Shown here: one piece after another, positions 35,042 through 48,101 of the stretch | Layout of the letters: every line of letters starts with the position of its first letter | Numbering within the stretch: the first letter of the stretch is position 1 | NCBI GenBank assembly: GCA_030295235.1 | Contig: AP026162.1 | Span: forward strand, 2,480,001 to 2,544,000 | Direction of reading: 5' to 3' | Length of the DNA: 64,000 nt | Origin: Fistulifera solaris | Lineage: Eukaryota | Program-made: the position numbers and the translations under genes | Notes under the pieces: generated by a model | The model's input: the letters and a program-made list of their open reading frames with translations, nothing else | Database searches by the model: none | What the model was told of the DNA's origin: nothing

Positions 35042-37022
35042 TCTTCAACGACGTGTCTTGTCTTCCTAGAATGAAAAAGGAAAAGATTGTGACGGATTAT
35101 TAAAGGACCTGTTGCTGTGATCCTTTTCCATCGATGTTCCTTTGTGCCTTGCCTTTTGCCTTTATTGTGTTGAGCAACGATAAAAACGTGTTCTTGCGAC
35201 GCAACGGATTTGTAAATAGATTAACTTGTAATTATGAAACAAGATATAAAAATTTGTATCGGGGTTCGTTCAATGCAAAGGATCACTCAGTTCAAAATAG
35301 TAGGCAGACGCAGGTGCAACTTAGAGTTCAGGATACAGCTCTAGAGTGATCAGTGATCGAATGCGAATGCAGATAGAATGAAAGCATGAAATTAAGGAAA
35401 ACCAAAACCGAAAAGCCTAAAAAGCACCATCATTTGCTCCATGTTTCATCCGATACACGCATTTGTCACAAAAGCAGACGGGTAGTTAGAGAGGATTGCC
35501 GTTTCGCGCTTCAAAGAGGAGACAGATTGTGAATGCAAGGTCGACGGTTCCTGCTGCGATGAGATCCCGGCGGGAGCGGCGTCTTTGTGCCAATACAAGT
35601 TGGACGGATATGTCGAATCATACTTGAGACAGTGTGATATCACTTAAGTCTTTGGGGATAATAGGTATACTTTACGAGAGTACTAATCGTCACTACTCGT
35701 TGACAGACTAGATAGCAGGATGTCACCTCGGACTCGGGCAGCGACCATTTCGCGATGCGTTATGAGAAACAATGGGAAACGGATGTATTACGAGGACGAG
35801 AGATGGCAGACGTGTTCGTCGATACCTGGCACTTGGTTCTTGCATGATATTTGGGATGATGATTAGTGATTAATCTTGATTCTTCGAGTCGTGATAATTC
35901 GGATTCCCGATTTTAGCCTACGAGATCCCACGCTCCACGCTCCACGCTCCACACTCCACACTCAGAAGATATTCAACCAAGGAAGGCGTGCAAAGTGCAA
36001 AATAAGAACAGCTCGAATCTCAAACCTCAAACGAATCATTTGGAAGTTCATCGAAAGAAAAATCTCACACTCTTTAGTCTTTAGACTTAAGAGCTTTCTG
36101 AATACACCGTTGATAAGCTGATGATCGCACCTGTAGTTGTCCAGTCTACAAAGTCGCCGTGTAAACCTTTTACCAGAAACAATAAGTGTTTTACGGGTTG
36201 ACAAATTTTATAAAAAATGCGCGTAGTCCATAATCGGCTCAAATGTCGAAAAAGCATCCGCATTTCAGGAAAATTAGGAATAAATATTTAGGATTTTATT
36301 ATACTCGCTAACATTATTGTTGGAAACTTGACGCCTAAATGACACCTGCAGTGTATGACGTATTGAGTCTTGGTGTCTTATTTTTCTACTCCGTATTTTT
36401 GATTTTGGGCTTTGGCCTTACTTCTTTGCTCTTGGCTGAATTTTCCTTTCCCTTTTGGCTTTATTGGCTTTTAAAAGTTGATAGGTTACTTATTACCTCA
36501 TTACGTCCTTAGTCCTTAAGTTTAGGCTCTAGAGTGCCACTTTGCCCCTCCCGAGACTCTAAGAATTGCTATTCGTAATTCGCAGCTCACACTTATGATT
36601 CATGATCGTAGAGCATCCTCACGGATCCTAAAGTTCCCAGATCAAGGATACAGCGATACAGCTCGGCAGTCTATGCTCAACTGTCCGACGTCTTAAATCC
36701 AAGAATAATACCAATAAGATAGCTGTAAGTATTGTGAGCAGTAGTTTTTGTAGCATCGCAGCAGCGCACTTGTCGCGAAACGCGAAATCGAGCAATCACA
36801 GACCAGCGAAAATACATTTGCCGCTTGGACTTTGGTTTTAGAGCCTAGTTACCACTCCGTAAACTCCTCCTAGAACTGCTTTGAAGCCCCAAGCTGTCTA
36901 AAGGGTTGGCCCATCCCATTTAGCATCCAGCCCCACAATACCCCGTTCTCTTTTAGCTTGTACGCGGCGCAAGTGCATTTTTTTATTGATAGAGCAGCAG
37001 CGACATTACTTGTAGCGCCGTA

Positions 37023-38035
37023 ATGAACAAAAGAGAAATCTCTAACAGATCCCCGACTGAGGGCAATGCCAACGTATGGACCGAAATCGAAGATTCTCCT
37101 GAGTTGCCAAAGAAGAGGAAAAGCAATGATGGAGACGGTCATGACAAGCTTAGGCCAAAACGCCCTTTGACGGGATACAACCGGTTCTTCAAGGAAGAAA
37201 GAATCAGATGGAAGGAGGAGCAATCCAGTAGCGGAATGCCGGAGGAGAAGAAGCAGACCTTTCTGACCATGGGCAGGGAAATCAGTGCCAGGTGGGTTCG
37301 CCTCCCACGTGAGCAAAAAAAAAAGTATATTGCCGAATACGACAAAGAAATGCTTCAGTATCGTATTGATGTTGAAAAGTACAACAGGGAGAAAGAAGAG
37401 AAGGCTGCTGCTGATGCTGTTGCCAAAAAGAACAGAGTGCACAAAAATTGAAGAAGAATGGAGCGCAACTCAAGGCTCCCACCGACAGCTTGGTTCCAGG
37501 GCCAAGTTCACTTGGATCGTTCGATACGAATGCCCTTCTGCAACCGCAGATGATGGAAAACAACTCTATTGCACATGCCTTATCGAATTCCGGTTCATCT
37601 GCCACGCAATTTGCACTCAATCAACTACACCAGCAACGTCAGTTTGAAATACTGCTGCGACAACGGTTGCTCGACCGGCAGATGCAACTCGAATCAAGCT
37701 TACTGTCGCTCAGGTCGCTGGCCGGAGGAAGTGCCGTTCGTACCCAGGAGAATCCAAGCCATATCCTTTCCGCAACTCAAATGGATAGCTTGATTTTCCC
37801 AGGGGCTAATGCTGCCGCCCCTTACTCTGGCTTGTTGAGTTCGACTGGAAACGTTCAAACGCAGCTGCAGAATCATCCGCGAGGTGGCTTAATCAGGACA
37901 AACTTTCCATACGCTACGCTGCCAGAGCCATCCAGTAGTGTAGCAGTGGGTAACGTTTCCAACAGATCGTATGAGCAGTTACTGTTATCGTTGATGCTTC
38001 AACAACGAAATCATCGACCTTCGAACAACTCGTAA
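37023..38035 (+). CDS. HMG-box protein with Q/S-rich C-terminus; probable frameshift at A-run near 37445
   Basis: RPKRPLTGYNRFFKEER...MGREISARWVRLPREQKKKYIAEYDKEMLQY. Confidence 0.82.
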
Positions 38036-38134
38036 ACTTAATAAGTGAAAGATGCTTCCCTTCTACTATCTGGCGTTACGTTCTAATCCTTGAACTCTTC
38101 GTAGTCCCAAGCTGCTTAGCCGTGCCTCAATTTC

Positions 38135-38470
38135 TTACTTTTTTCTTGAGTAGGACGATCGACTTCGTTCGATCTCTTTTTTAGCTCGCGCCCCCGATTG
38201 CATCCCCAGTGAGGCTTCTTCGTCCATGACATTTCCCAAACTGCTAGTTAAGACACCCACACCCACCAATAGTCCCAGTCCGACTAAAACTGGCACGTAC
38301 GGCGGAGGCAACTCGGCGAGTTCCACGGCGTCGGCGGCCAAAGCGGCTGGCGCCGTTGCGAATACGGCAGCAGTCGTCAGTTGTGGAAGCACCGGCCGGA
38401 GGTCACGCATAGGCGACATGAGTCCCCAAGCGCTCGATAAAGTCATAAGCAGTAACAAGATCGTTCTCAT
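38135..38470 (-). CDS. Small predicted plastid/thylakoid single-pass membrane protein
   Basis: Signal peptide, second Ala-rich lumen-like signal ending ALA, one TM helix (VPVLVGLGLLVGVGVL), basic C-tail. Confidence 0.7.
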   Translation of the reverse strand: MRTILLLLMTLSSAWGLMSPMRDLRPVLPQLTTAAVFATAPAALAADAVELAELPPPYVPVLVGLGLLVGVGVLTSSLGNVMDEEASLGMQSGARAKKEIERSRSSYSRKK

Positions 38471-38790
38471 GCTGTCCTGTAACTAAAACGAATTTCTTGT
38501 TTGAAAGAGGAGCGGTTTCTTTGCTTGCATTTTTGTGTCGTTGTTGATGAAGTGCGAAATATTGCGGCGGCGGTGAGTGTGGGTACCGTTCCGTACCGTT
38601 CCGTACCGTACCTGTACCACAGCGACATTTCACACAGAATCACGGAATACACACTCGTTACTCGTTCTGCTTCAATGAACTATATTACTCCGTATAGAGT
38701 AAGCTAGGGTTGCGAAGAATAAAGGTTTCCAATAGCAATGAAAATTTTTTATCAACCATGCTCGAGAAACAACGATTGCAACAAATTAGT

Positions 38791-39996
38791 CTAAGACGCT
38801 GCACTACCCAACCGCGAAGGGTCAGTGCTCGAGTAATGAGGTTTCGGCCCAGAGCTCATCGCCGCTTGCTTCTGCTGCCGTGCCAACAAAACCTCTGGAG
38901 GTAACTTGATTGTGGTTGTCGCTGGTACTTTTCTTTTCTTATCGTTACTCTCTGTAGCTCCGGGAGGAGGCGGGAGTACGACTTGAGCTTTCTTGAGTGC
39001 ATTTGCATCGCTTTGATTGACAGCAGCGGCGGAGGACTCGCCATGCTTGGGTGCGCGAGCCCAAGCAACGTGTAAGCTTCTTCCTAACAACTCTTTCCGA
39101 TGTGTCCGCGCAATGGCCAGCTGCGCAGCTTCCGGCTGCGTGTACTCGACAAAAGCTTGTCCTTTATCTGGTTGCGCCCGAACACTCACAATTTCCCCGT
39201 AAGCATAATAGTAGTCACGAACAGCTTGTTCGGTGAGAGCTGGGAAAGGCGGCTCTCCCTGAAAGCGTACGTACACGGTAGCGCGCGCTTTGTTGTAACC
39301 ATCTTCTTCTTGCTGTTTCTCCTCTTGCTGTTCCATTTTACGCTTGCGTCCCAGAATTTTGTTCGCTACCGGATCATGCGTTCCAAAAAATCGGTCCTTG
39401 GTGTTTTGTTTCGCCATCGGATCGTCTCGATCACGCGGAAACTCGTGACGAAAGGGACACGTCGCTCCTCGATTGCACTCTCCACGAGCATAGAAACTAC
39501 ACAACTTGGGCAAGTTTCGTTCGTAACGAGGTTCCATTTGAGCCATCGATTGTAGGGTCGCCTCGGCAACAGCATTCGGTTCCGCCACTAGATTGGTTCC
39601 CTGCTCTAGCATTCGGTTCTGTTGCTGCGTATAGTAAGCACGATTGGCTTGGCTTTGGGGAACTGCAGCAACACTGCTGGCACTTCCGGATTCGCGAAGG
39701 ATCTTGTCTCGAACTTGAACTGGTAAACCGTATTTCAAATCATAAACACAAACCTGACAGACGTTTTTCGCTTCCGCACAGCTTCGGCATATCTCAACTT
39801 TTTTTAGACGTCCTTTTGTTCCGGCTTGAAACGCAAACACAGTGAACGGCGTCTCACAGACACTGCATTTCTTTCCGAACGGTTGCTTTGTCATTCGAAC
39901 GTAAGGGTTGTCGCCTAAACAGGTCTCGCACACAAGAGGAAACTCGGTATCTTCCCATGATTGCTTCAAAGCATCTCTTTTTACAGGTGCCGACAT
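38791..39996 (-). CDS. RBM22: Pre-mRNA splicing factor RBM22/Ecm2/Cwf5
   Basis: WEDTEFPLVCETCLGDNPYVRMTK, KNVCQVCVYDL, CCCH finger CSFYARGECNRGATCPFRHE, RRM. Confidence 0.93.
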   Translation of the reverse strand: MSAPVKRDALKQSWEDTEFPLVCETCLGDNPYVRMTKQPFGKKCSVCETPFTVFAFQAGTKGRLKKVEICRSCAEAKNVCQVCVYDLKYGLPVQVRDKILRESGSASSVAAVPQSQANRAYYTQQQNRMLEQGTNLVAEPNAVAEATLQSMAQMEPRYERNLPKLCSFYARGECNRGATCPFRHEFPRDRDDPMAKQNTKDRFFGTHDPVANKILGRKRKMEQQEEKQQEEDGYNKARATVYVRFQGEPPFPALTEQAVRDYYYAYGEIVSVRAQPDKGQAFVEYTQPEAAQLAIARTHRKELLGRSLHVAWARAPKHGESSAAAVNQSDANALKKAQVVLPPPPGATESNDKKRKVPATTTIKLPPEVLLARQQKQAAMSSGPKPHYSSTDPSRLGSAAS

Positions 39997-40502
39997 TTGG
40001 ATTTAATCGTAGACGGAGGAGATGAAAATTGACTTCTACGATCCGTAGCAACACGATAGTCACAATAGTCTATTTCAGCAAAAGTAAACTCCTGCAACCA
40101 GTTCAAAACTGTCAATATAAACGCAAATTGGTGTATAAGCTACGTTTGATGTCGTTGTTATGTTGTCAACGCCTGTACCAGGTATGTACCAGGTATTGTG
40201 GTTTGCAATGGGAGTCAAATAAAATACCGGAGTAATGGCGGCGCGCGGCCGGCCCGAGCATGGGTGCGTGTGCGAATGGCAGACGTAAGTGATTCAATGT
40301 ACTCGTATTAGTCTAGTCACGGGCTATGAATTCCTCGTCGTCGTATGTGGAATGCCAGGTAATCCTACTACGTGTTGGCCGTCAAAACAAAAGTAATAAC
40401 GAATGCAATAGAAGGTAAGAAATTTCTAGGACATTCAGCAGTTGACCGATATTAGTTGTCTGCGTTTGTAACCGTAGCACAATAGCACAGTGGCCTCTGC
40501 TG

Positions 40503-41450
40503 CTAAGGGAAAGCGTCTAGAAACTCTGGGCCATTGAACGTAAAGCCCGCGTCTAGCAATTGTTGCAGTTGACCGGCTGTGATAATACCCGATTGCAACA
40601 CCAAATTATTGACGCGACTGTCGGAGGGACGAGATGATCGCACGTCCGTCCACGGATCGGGAAATATGACATCCGCTGGTTTGAAATCCTCGAAATGATT
40701 GCTCCGTGTGCGACTCACGGCACGACGTTCCTTTGGTTCCATCGGCTGTACCCTGGCCGATGGTCGTCGTGAAGTGGTGCGATTTGCGGAGGGAGATACT
40801 TTTGTCGACGTGCGTCTGGGAGTGACGCCCCGCGGAGTTTGAGTTTCCTTGGCAACTCTTGGCTTGCGAGGCGGGGACAAGCTCGTTTCTTGACCTGCTT
40901 GACTCACCGACGATTTTTTCGATCGTGGTGTCGTAGGAAGATCCTGCAGTGTACGTGACGTACGGGTAGATCGCTCCCTGGACCGATCGCGAGATGTGGC
41001 ACTTCGTCGACGAGAAACGGACCCCGAGCGTTTTTGAGTGTTTTGTCGGATGCTTCCTCTGCGAGCCATATTCTCATAATTTTCCAGATTCAAGCCGTCG
41101 GGAGAAGACTGATGAAAGCGTTCCAGAGTACGGTTGAGCTGTGAGTTTCTTTCACTACTGACACTTTTTGGAGAACTCTTTTTCTCGGGCCGTTCGGTCT
41201 TGTGTAGATTGCGTATTACCTTTTCAAGTTCAAGAGCATTTAACGAACGATGGTGATCCATTTGGTCGGCTGCTCCTTTTCGTACTTTCACTTTGACGCG
41301 GAATTGCTGTTTTCCTGGAGAAATTTCCTCGTCACTGGACGGTGCAGTCGTTTCCGTGCGCAAGGATAGCGTCCCATCTCGCAACTTCGGAGAGGACTCT
41401 TGCGCTATCCGTGTAAGACTATTCGATGCGGCTTTTGGTCGAACTGTCAT
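40503..41450 (-). CDS. Ser/Arg-rich low-complexity hypothetical protein, local family member 1
   Basis: 315-aa ORF; C-terminal LVLQSGIITAGQLQQLLDAGFTF motif shared with two nearby ORFs. Confidence 0.72.
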   Translation of the reverse strand: MTVRPKAASNSLTRIAQESSPKLRDGTLSLRTETTAPSSDEEISPGKQQFRVKVKVRKGAADQMDHHRSLNALELEKVIRNLHKTERPEKKSSPKSVSSERNSQLNRTLERFHQSSPDGLNLENYENMARRGSIRQNTQKRSGSVSRRRSATSRDRSRERSTRTSRTLQDLPTTPRSKKSSVSQAGQETSLSPPRKPRVAKETQTPRGVTPRRTSTKVSPSANRTTSRRPSARVQPMEPKERRAVSRTRSNHFEDFKPADVIFPDPWTDVRSSRPSDSRVNNLVLQSGIITAGQLQQLLDAGFTFNGPEFLDAFP

Positions 41451-41991
41451 GCTTCTTTGTAATCAACAATTCGTGAATGCCTTGGTTTATTATTGTCCAA
41501 CTTTCTTTCATGCGAGAGCTGTTGCTTTCATTGCCTCGCTATCTTGTGATCATGTTGTCAGTCTTGGTTGATGCTGTGAACGATAACTTGCCAGAGTTCA
41601 CTGATACAGTAGATGACTACGGATGTCACATTTTACTTCTTTATTTAACACAGCGATGACCGAAACTGCAAAGGGAGCAAGAAAGATTCAAAGACCAATG
41701 CCCATTCATGTCTCGAAATCTCTTTGGTCCTAAAGTGCCATAGTACTTTCACTGCTATACTGCTATACTACAACTACGTCGTCCGACAAATGACTTCGTG
41801 ACTCACAATCTCACGACTGGTTTTTTCTCAAAATTTCTGGCACAGAATAAAAACTCCGCCCATCCTTTTTCGCTGTTACTTGATGGCGAAATCAGAAGCC
41901 GACGCTACCTGGTATACATCATTGTGTTATTACTCGTCTGCCAATCATAGCGAATAAGCCACCGACACCGACGCACTAACGATTTCGCGCA

Positions 41992-43141
41992 ATGGGCAAG
42001 CAGCTAGTTTCATCATCGGTAACTGCAAATTTGTCAGAGAAGTCACCGCCGACTAACGACTCGGACACGAATAGCACGCAACAAAACATCAAAGGGACGC
42101 TAGTTAATTCGCTCGAACTCTCTCTTTCAGAGTTGGTGATGTCTTCTCCTTCTTCTGAGAATGTAGCAGAAGAAGAATGCAACAAATCGAGTTCAAAATT
42201 GGGACGACGTCGATCCGTTTCTCGAGGAAGACGTCGTGCAGGCGACAGCAGCAGCGATTTAAAGAAATCCGTTCCGCGACAAAACAGCGGTCGCAGAGAG
42301 CAAGAGCTTGAAGTTTCCAATGAGCGGGCACGACGACGAAGATCCACCAGCCGTCATAGATCATTAAGTCGTCACAGCAGTAACCAGAGTTTGAATCAGT
42401 CGTTGCAGTCATTAAAAATGCGTGATGACGATGACGAGGGGCCGAAATCACTCCATCGATCCGCTAGCAGCATATCCAGTCGAACAAGCACGCGCCGCTC
42501 TGCGTCACGTCGTTTGGGTGCACTCAACACCGTGTCACGCACCAGCAGCACACCCACTTTGAGCGGTCATCGTCATCTTAACGGCTTGCCTCGATCCAGA
42601 AGCTTGTTAGGATCTGAAATAAGGTCGGGTCAACAAAATGCGACTTGGGATGACGACGACGATGAATCCTTGCCGAGTAAAAATAACGGAAGTTTGGCTG
42701 ATTTCTTGCGTCAACAAAATGCTGCCATACACTACAATAATCAAAAGAGCAAAAGCAGACGGCTTCCCAGCACATCGTCCAGTGTGACATCCCGGTCTAC
42801 ACAGGATCCTCCCGCCCATAGCAACAGTCAATCCGCCGATGTCCCTCGACCGAAAAGTGAACGCTCCGATTCCATTTCTGATTTGCGTGAAATCATTAAC
42901 GGAAGAGTATGTGGCTCATTCGCGTCGCCCCGTCTTGCAAAAGGCATCCTCCAAGAAAAGACTCATTCACAGCAGTGTATTAGACTTCTTTCCCTTGGAT
43001 ACTTCTTGCGTGCTAACACAAGAGAAAATCCATTCGCACGTGGTACAAATGGGCCTCGTCACCGAAGAGCAACTCCATAAAATTGTCGCTGCTGGGTTTC
43101 ATTTTTCTGTCACGGACCATGCCGTGCCATCGAGCGGATGA
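41992..43141 (+). CDS. Ser/Arg-rich low-complexity hypothetical protein, local family member 2 (frameshift near 42960)
   Basis: ORF 41992-43080 overlapped by 42839-43141 frame ending VVQMGLVTEEQLHKIVAAGFHF. Confidence 0.68.
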
Positions 43142-43314
43142 TAAAGTATAATGCACTAATTTTCCTGACGACAGTATTATGGATGATTCGGAAAGCGAAG
43201 AAAGGACGACAGCTATCTCGAATCTCGAGTGGTTCACATGGGCTCTCATCTCTCATTCGCATCAACAAAACGAAATTGAACGACAACGAAAAACGAAGCT
43301 CTTGGAAGAAGGTA

Positions 43315-43816
43315 TGTTGAAATTTCTACCGGCGGTCTGTAACTGCTCTCGTCTATCGGGGGACTCCACACACCCCAGACGACAGACTATTGAAACAACG
43401 AACTTTTGCTCCAAACACTCGTTTACAGAATTATGACGATTTCCTACAATTACTTTTGCTTTCCTCTTTTCACCGGTCTTCGATCTGATCTTCATCTAAT
43501 CATGATCTGATCTTGCCGAGCCCATTTCTCCAATAACAACTTTAGGATAAAATAGCCCTTCCTGCCTATCAACCAGATTCTCCATTTCGTATTCCTTAGC
43601 AATAGTCATCGCCCATAATTGCACAATAGATTCTTCCGTGATCCCGAATCCCAAATCATATAGTTCGAAACACTTTCAAGACCCCTTTCACGAACAAAAT
43701 CCTTTCCCAATAAACTAGACGGTCATTTCGAACCATTCAGACATCCGATGACGTGTCAACTCATGACTGAATAAATCTTTCAGTCCGACACTCAACCTCG
43801 ACCTCGATCTTTGACA
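43315..43816 (-). repeat. 3' LTR of copia element
   Basis: TGTTGAAATTTCTACC...CGATCTTTGACA, nearly identical to 48107-48610. Confidence 0.95.
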
Positions 43817-46800
43817 TCCTCCCTGTCGGCTGCTAAGATTAACTGCGTCATGAGTCCTTCTCTAACAACAGGCACCAAGAGATCATGGATTTTCTCTGTC
43901 ACATTCTTGGTTTCCAGATCTGCAATGTTCCTTTCCGATCGAATGAACTTCACAACCAGCCTAGCTTCTTCCTTCTCCGTTGCAGCCATCATCTCCCTTA
44001 TAAAATGCATCCGAACATCAATATGTTTCATCCTATTCCCCACAACTTGGTTTTCCATCAAGAAGATTGCGCCCGTATTATCTTCAAACAAAGTAGCCGG
44101 TCGAATCTTCACCTTCGGAAACAACTCTTCGAATAACATCTGCAAAAACTTGATGTCCGTCGCACACGTCGATGCCGCGTAATATTCCGCCTCCGTACTA
44201 GACAATGTAACCGCAGGTTGCAACTTGCTTGAAAAGCCACACAAACAACCTCCAATGGTAACGAAGTAACCAGTAACACTTCTCCAGCGTCTCCTTGTTC
44301 GTAGCAAAGTTTGAATCCACCCATGCGTAAACCTTCAAATCAACAGGCTCGCGCAACTTCAAGTGAACGTCCGTACTCTCGAGATAGCCAACCAATCTCT
44401 TCATCGCTTTCCAATGTTCTTCACCTGGCGAATCCATGAACATTGCAAGTTCCCTAACTGCATTTCCACATTCCGGAGCTACTTTCCGCACCAGCCACAT
44501 GAGACGTCCGAGAAACTTCCGATACTGATCCTTATTAACTGCATTGCCTTCGTTCTTCACAAGCGATTCCCCAGGATAGCCCGGTGTCTTCTCAGCTTTC
44601 AACGGTCCAATCAGCTCCTTCCAATCCTTTACTATCTCGTCCTTGTACTCATCCATTCGCGCCGGTAGAACTCTCCTGCTTCATCCGATTTCCTCTCGTA
44701 CCAGACTCCCAAATGTTTCTGGATCGGGCCCATCTCAGTAATGTTGAAGCGCTTCTTGATCTCTTTCTTGAACCAGTTGATTTCTTCTTGGGGACCGGCA
44801 AGGATACAATCATCGACATACACCACAATGATCAGAACTGTCTCGCCGTTCACCACTTTAAACCACACACACGGGTCCGCAGCGCTCTGAATAAGCCCCA
44901 GCTTCCTCAACTCGGCACAGTAGAGCATGAAGTACTCTCGTGGACTCTGAACCAAGCCGTACATCGCCCTCTCCAATAGAATGATGTAGTCAACCAACTC
45001 CTCATACGTGATGTACCCAAACTCATATAGCCCAAAGGGCCATTCAAGATACACCTCCTCTCTCAACTTCGCTTCCAGGAACGCAGCCTCCACGTCGATA
45101 ACTTCAGTCACCCACATCTTCTTCCACATGTATAACACCACTGCCAAAACCATTCGAACCGACATGTCCGATGCAACCGGTGAATGCGAAAGAGTAAAGT
45201 CCACGCCAGGGATTTGAACAAACCCCCAGCGCACAAGTCCGAGCTTTGAAACGAATTCCCGTTGCCTCTTTCTTCTTCTTGAAAATCCACTTCGGTAACA
45301 GGTTTTCGTCCTCTCTCCTTCATCTGCTTTCTAGGAACCATCTTCCAAGCATCTCTCTTGATGAAATTTTCGATCTCCTTCTTCATTGCCTCTTTCCACT
45401 TATCTGCATCCCGGACCAACCAAGGCTTCCTTATAAGTTTTCGAGCACCAGGATCCGGCCGCCAACTCCGTATTCAAAACATAATGAAAATAACCTTCCG
45501 ACACATCGATGGCATTGATCTCTCCTTGGGCGCTCATTGTTGGGTTGTATGAAGTGTCTAGCCTTGCCATCTCTCTATTCAATCTTTTCGTCGTCAATCG
45601 CGTCTCTTTCGGTTGATTCGGTGCTGGAGTATTGTCTGCTGTAGCCTCAGGTACCAGAACTTCCGTAGGACCTTCCACAGCCGCTTCGACAACTTCCTCT
45701 GCCGCTCTCTCTTCGACAACTTTCCTCCCTGCTCCAGCATCGACATCTTCGAGCAACACCGGCTTGATTGCGACTTCCTCCCCAATTTGGTCATCCTTTA
45801 AGTCGACTTCCATTCCAGCTGCAAACATCCTTAACTCTGATGCAATTGAAGCGCTCGATCCATGCCAGTCTGCCCAAGTGACGTCACGTGAAAGAATGAC
45901 AATATTTTCGTCCGGCTTGTAAACACGATGCATTATCGCCCGAATCGCGAATCCGGCGTACCCAACCATAACACATTTCACTGACTTCTTCTCCAACTTC
46001 GGCTGTTTATTGCGTGAGAGTCACATATCCGATCCGCCCCCACTGAACCAAGTGTTTCAAGATCTTAGGATGCTCGCCGTACCACGCATAATCAGGGCTC
46101 GATTCCACATTCCTATTCGGGACAGCGTTATCCAACCGTTGCAGTGTGAACAGCCTCCGGCCACAACTTTCCTTGATACTCATCCGACAACTTCGCCGCC
46201 AACATCATCGCAAGGGCCTTATCGCGAATTGTCGTGAATTTTCTCTCAACAACACCGTTCATCTGCGGAGTATGCGGGCAGTAAACTCCATACTTATGCC
46301 CCTCACTTCACAGATCTCCTTCAGCTTTCCGTTCGCCAGCATTATCACACCGAATGTACTTCACGTTTACGTTCGGGTCTCCTTTCAACCGATCGAGAAA
46401 CAACGTCATGACTTTGCCAATCATCGACTTCTTAGTAACAAAGAAACTCCAAGCCTTGCGCGTGAAGTCATCCACCAATAAGATCCAGTAGCAACTCTGT
46501 CCCAACGATTTCTTGTAGGGCCCACTCGTGTCCACGTGAGAATCGCTCTCCTTTCGCCGTTGCTTTGATCGCCGTCGACTTGCACACCGCCTTTGCTTTC
46601 GCCTTTGCATAAGCACACGCCCTCACACGTCGTCTTAGTTCCAGTTAACTCGATTCCCAACTGTTTCATGAGACTCTTCAACGGAATGTCGCTTGCGTGT
46701 CCGTACATATCGTGAGCAGCATTAATGTCCATCTTCACTTTCGTCACCGACAGCATGGACGTTTGACTTAACAACGCTTGCCTTCAGATAGTACAACCCA

Positions 46801-48101
46801 TAGTGTGACTGAGGCACCGTCAACACACTCTTTCCGGAAGGGTCAGTAATCTTCATCGCACAACTGGTTATCTCAATCTTGCACCCTTGCTTCACTAAAG
46901 CCCCAGTACTGATGATATTCTTCGCGAACGTCGGCGCTACCTTGACTTCACTTAACTTCATAGTACCACCCGCAGTAGCGAGCATGAGTGTACCCTTCTT
47001 GTGTACTTGGACTTCCTTTCCGTCACCGACGACCAAATACTCCTTCGTCGAAACAACATCGCGCGCAAAATCGTTTCATCCACAACAACATGGCACGTCG
47101 CTCCACTGTCGAAGAAACTTTTCCTTGTCTTCGACCTTCATCACATCGACCGCACCGACTTGATGAACGACTCCACAGAACTCTTCACCACCGCCCTTGC
47201 CGACTTCATAACACATGCCGACGAACGGGTTCAGATCCTTGTTATCCGACTTGAGTCCTTGCCGTTCGACTTGTCCGGGACACTCGCGAGAAAAGTGGCC
47301 TTCCTTGCCACAAGTGAAGCAGACTCTCTTCTTGTCGCTCTTGCACTCCGCTGCCTTGTGTCCTTGTTTGCCGCAGTTGCGGCACTTTCCTTGAACTTCT
47401 TCTTAAAACCACCCTTGCCCTTCTCGACGTTTAATGCTAGATTTTTATTTTCTTTTTTTTCTTTTTCTTTTTCTTCGTTGTCTTCGTCGTTCTTGGGCTT
47501 GAAACAGCGCTTCCACTTGTTCCGGATCTCCTTCTCGAGGTCTTCAATCGTAGTCTTGTTGATCTTTCCGCTCAACTTCGTGATCACATCCGAATACTCT
47601 TCAGGAAGGTTGGCCAAGTAGTGGGCCTTCAAAACGAAACTTGGCTTCACATAATGCGATCCGATCGTCTTCAAAGCGATTCTGCAACCGATCGCACTCC
47701 AAGAAAAAACTTGTCAGGGTCATCTTCCTTCGATGCCAACTTGCACCGACCGAACTCCGCCAACACTTCCGCCAAATCTTCCTCGCTGTTCCGGGCGTAC
47801 TTCGCATCCAAAAGCTTGAATGCCTCTCTCGCATCACCATCCGCTCTCTTGACAAGACCCAAAGGAACGCCGCGCAATCACCAACAAATCGATGATCTCG
47901 AGATTGCTTCGATACAACTCCTTATCCTTCGCCGGCCGTCGCTCCCATTGCAACTTCCTTCGTGAGGGATCTCGGCCTTCAGGTCATCGAACACACTCGT
48001 CCAACCTCGCCCGTGATCAACGACATCGTCTTGAACTTCCAGTCATCGTACGACTTCTCCGCGACCTTGTCGTCCAACGGGTAGAAGGTCAAAGCCCTCA
48101 T
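43792..48101 (-). pseudogene. Gag-Pol polyprotein, heavily frameshifted as assembled
   Basis: Zn knuckles CRNCGKQGHKAAEC / CFTCGKEGHFSREC, protease DSGATCHV, integrase HVDTSGP, LLVDDFTR, IRCDNAGE, RT IDVEAAFL, MYGLVQSP, YVDD, RNaseH LSSTEAEY, FEDNTGAI, KHIDVRMHFIRE. Confidence 0.88.

Noticed and set aside
38583..38618. GTACC/GTTCC short tandem repeat
   Set aside because: Simple low-copy repeat with no supporting structure
43179..43436. Short ORF apparently interrupted by the retrotransposon
   Set aside because: Reconstructed empty-site ORF is only ~65 codons with no recognisable features; insufficient support for a gene
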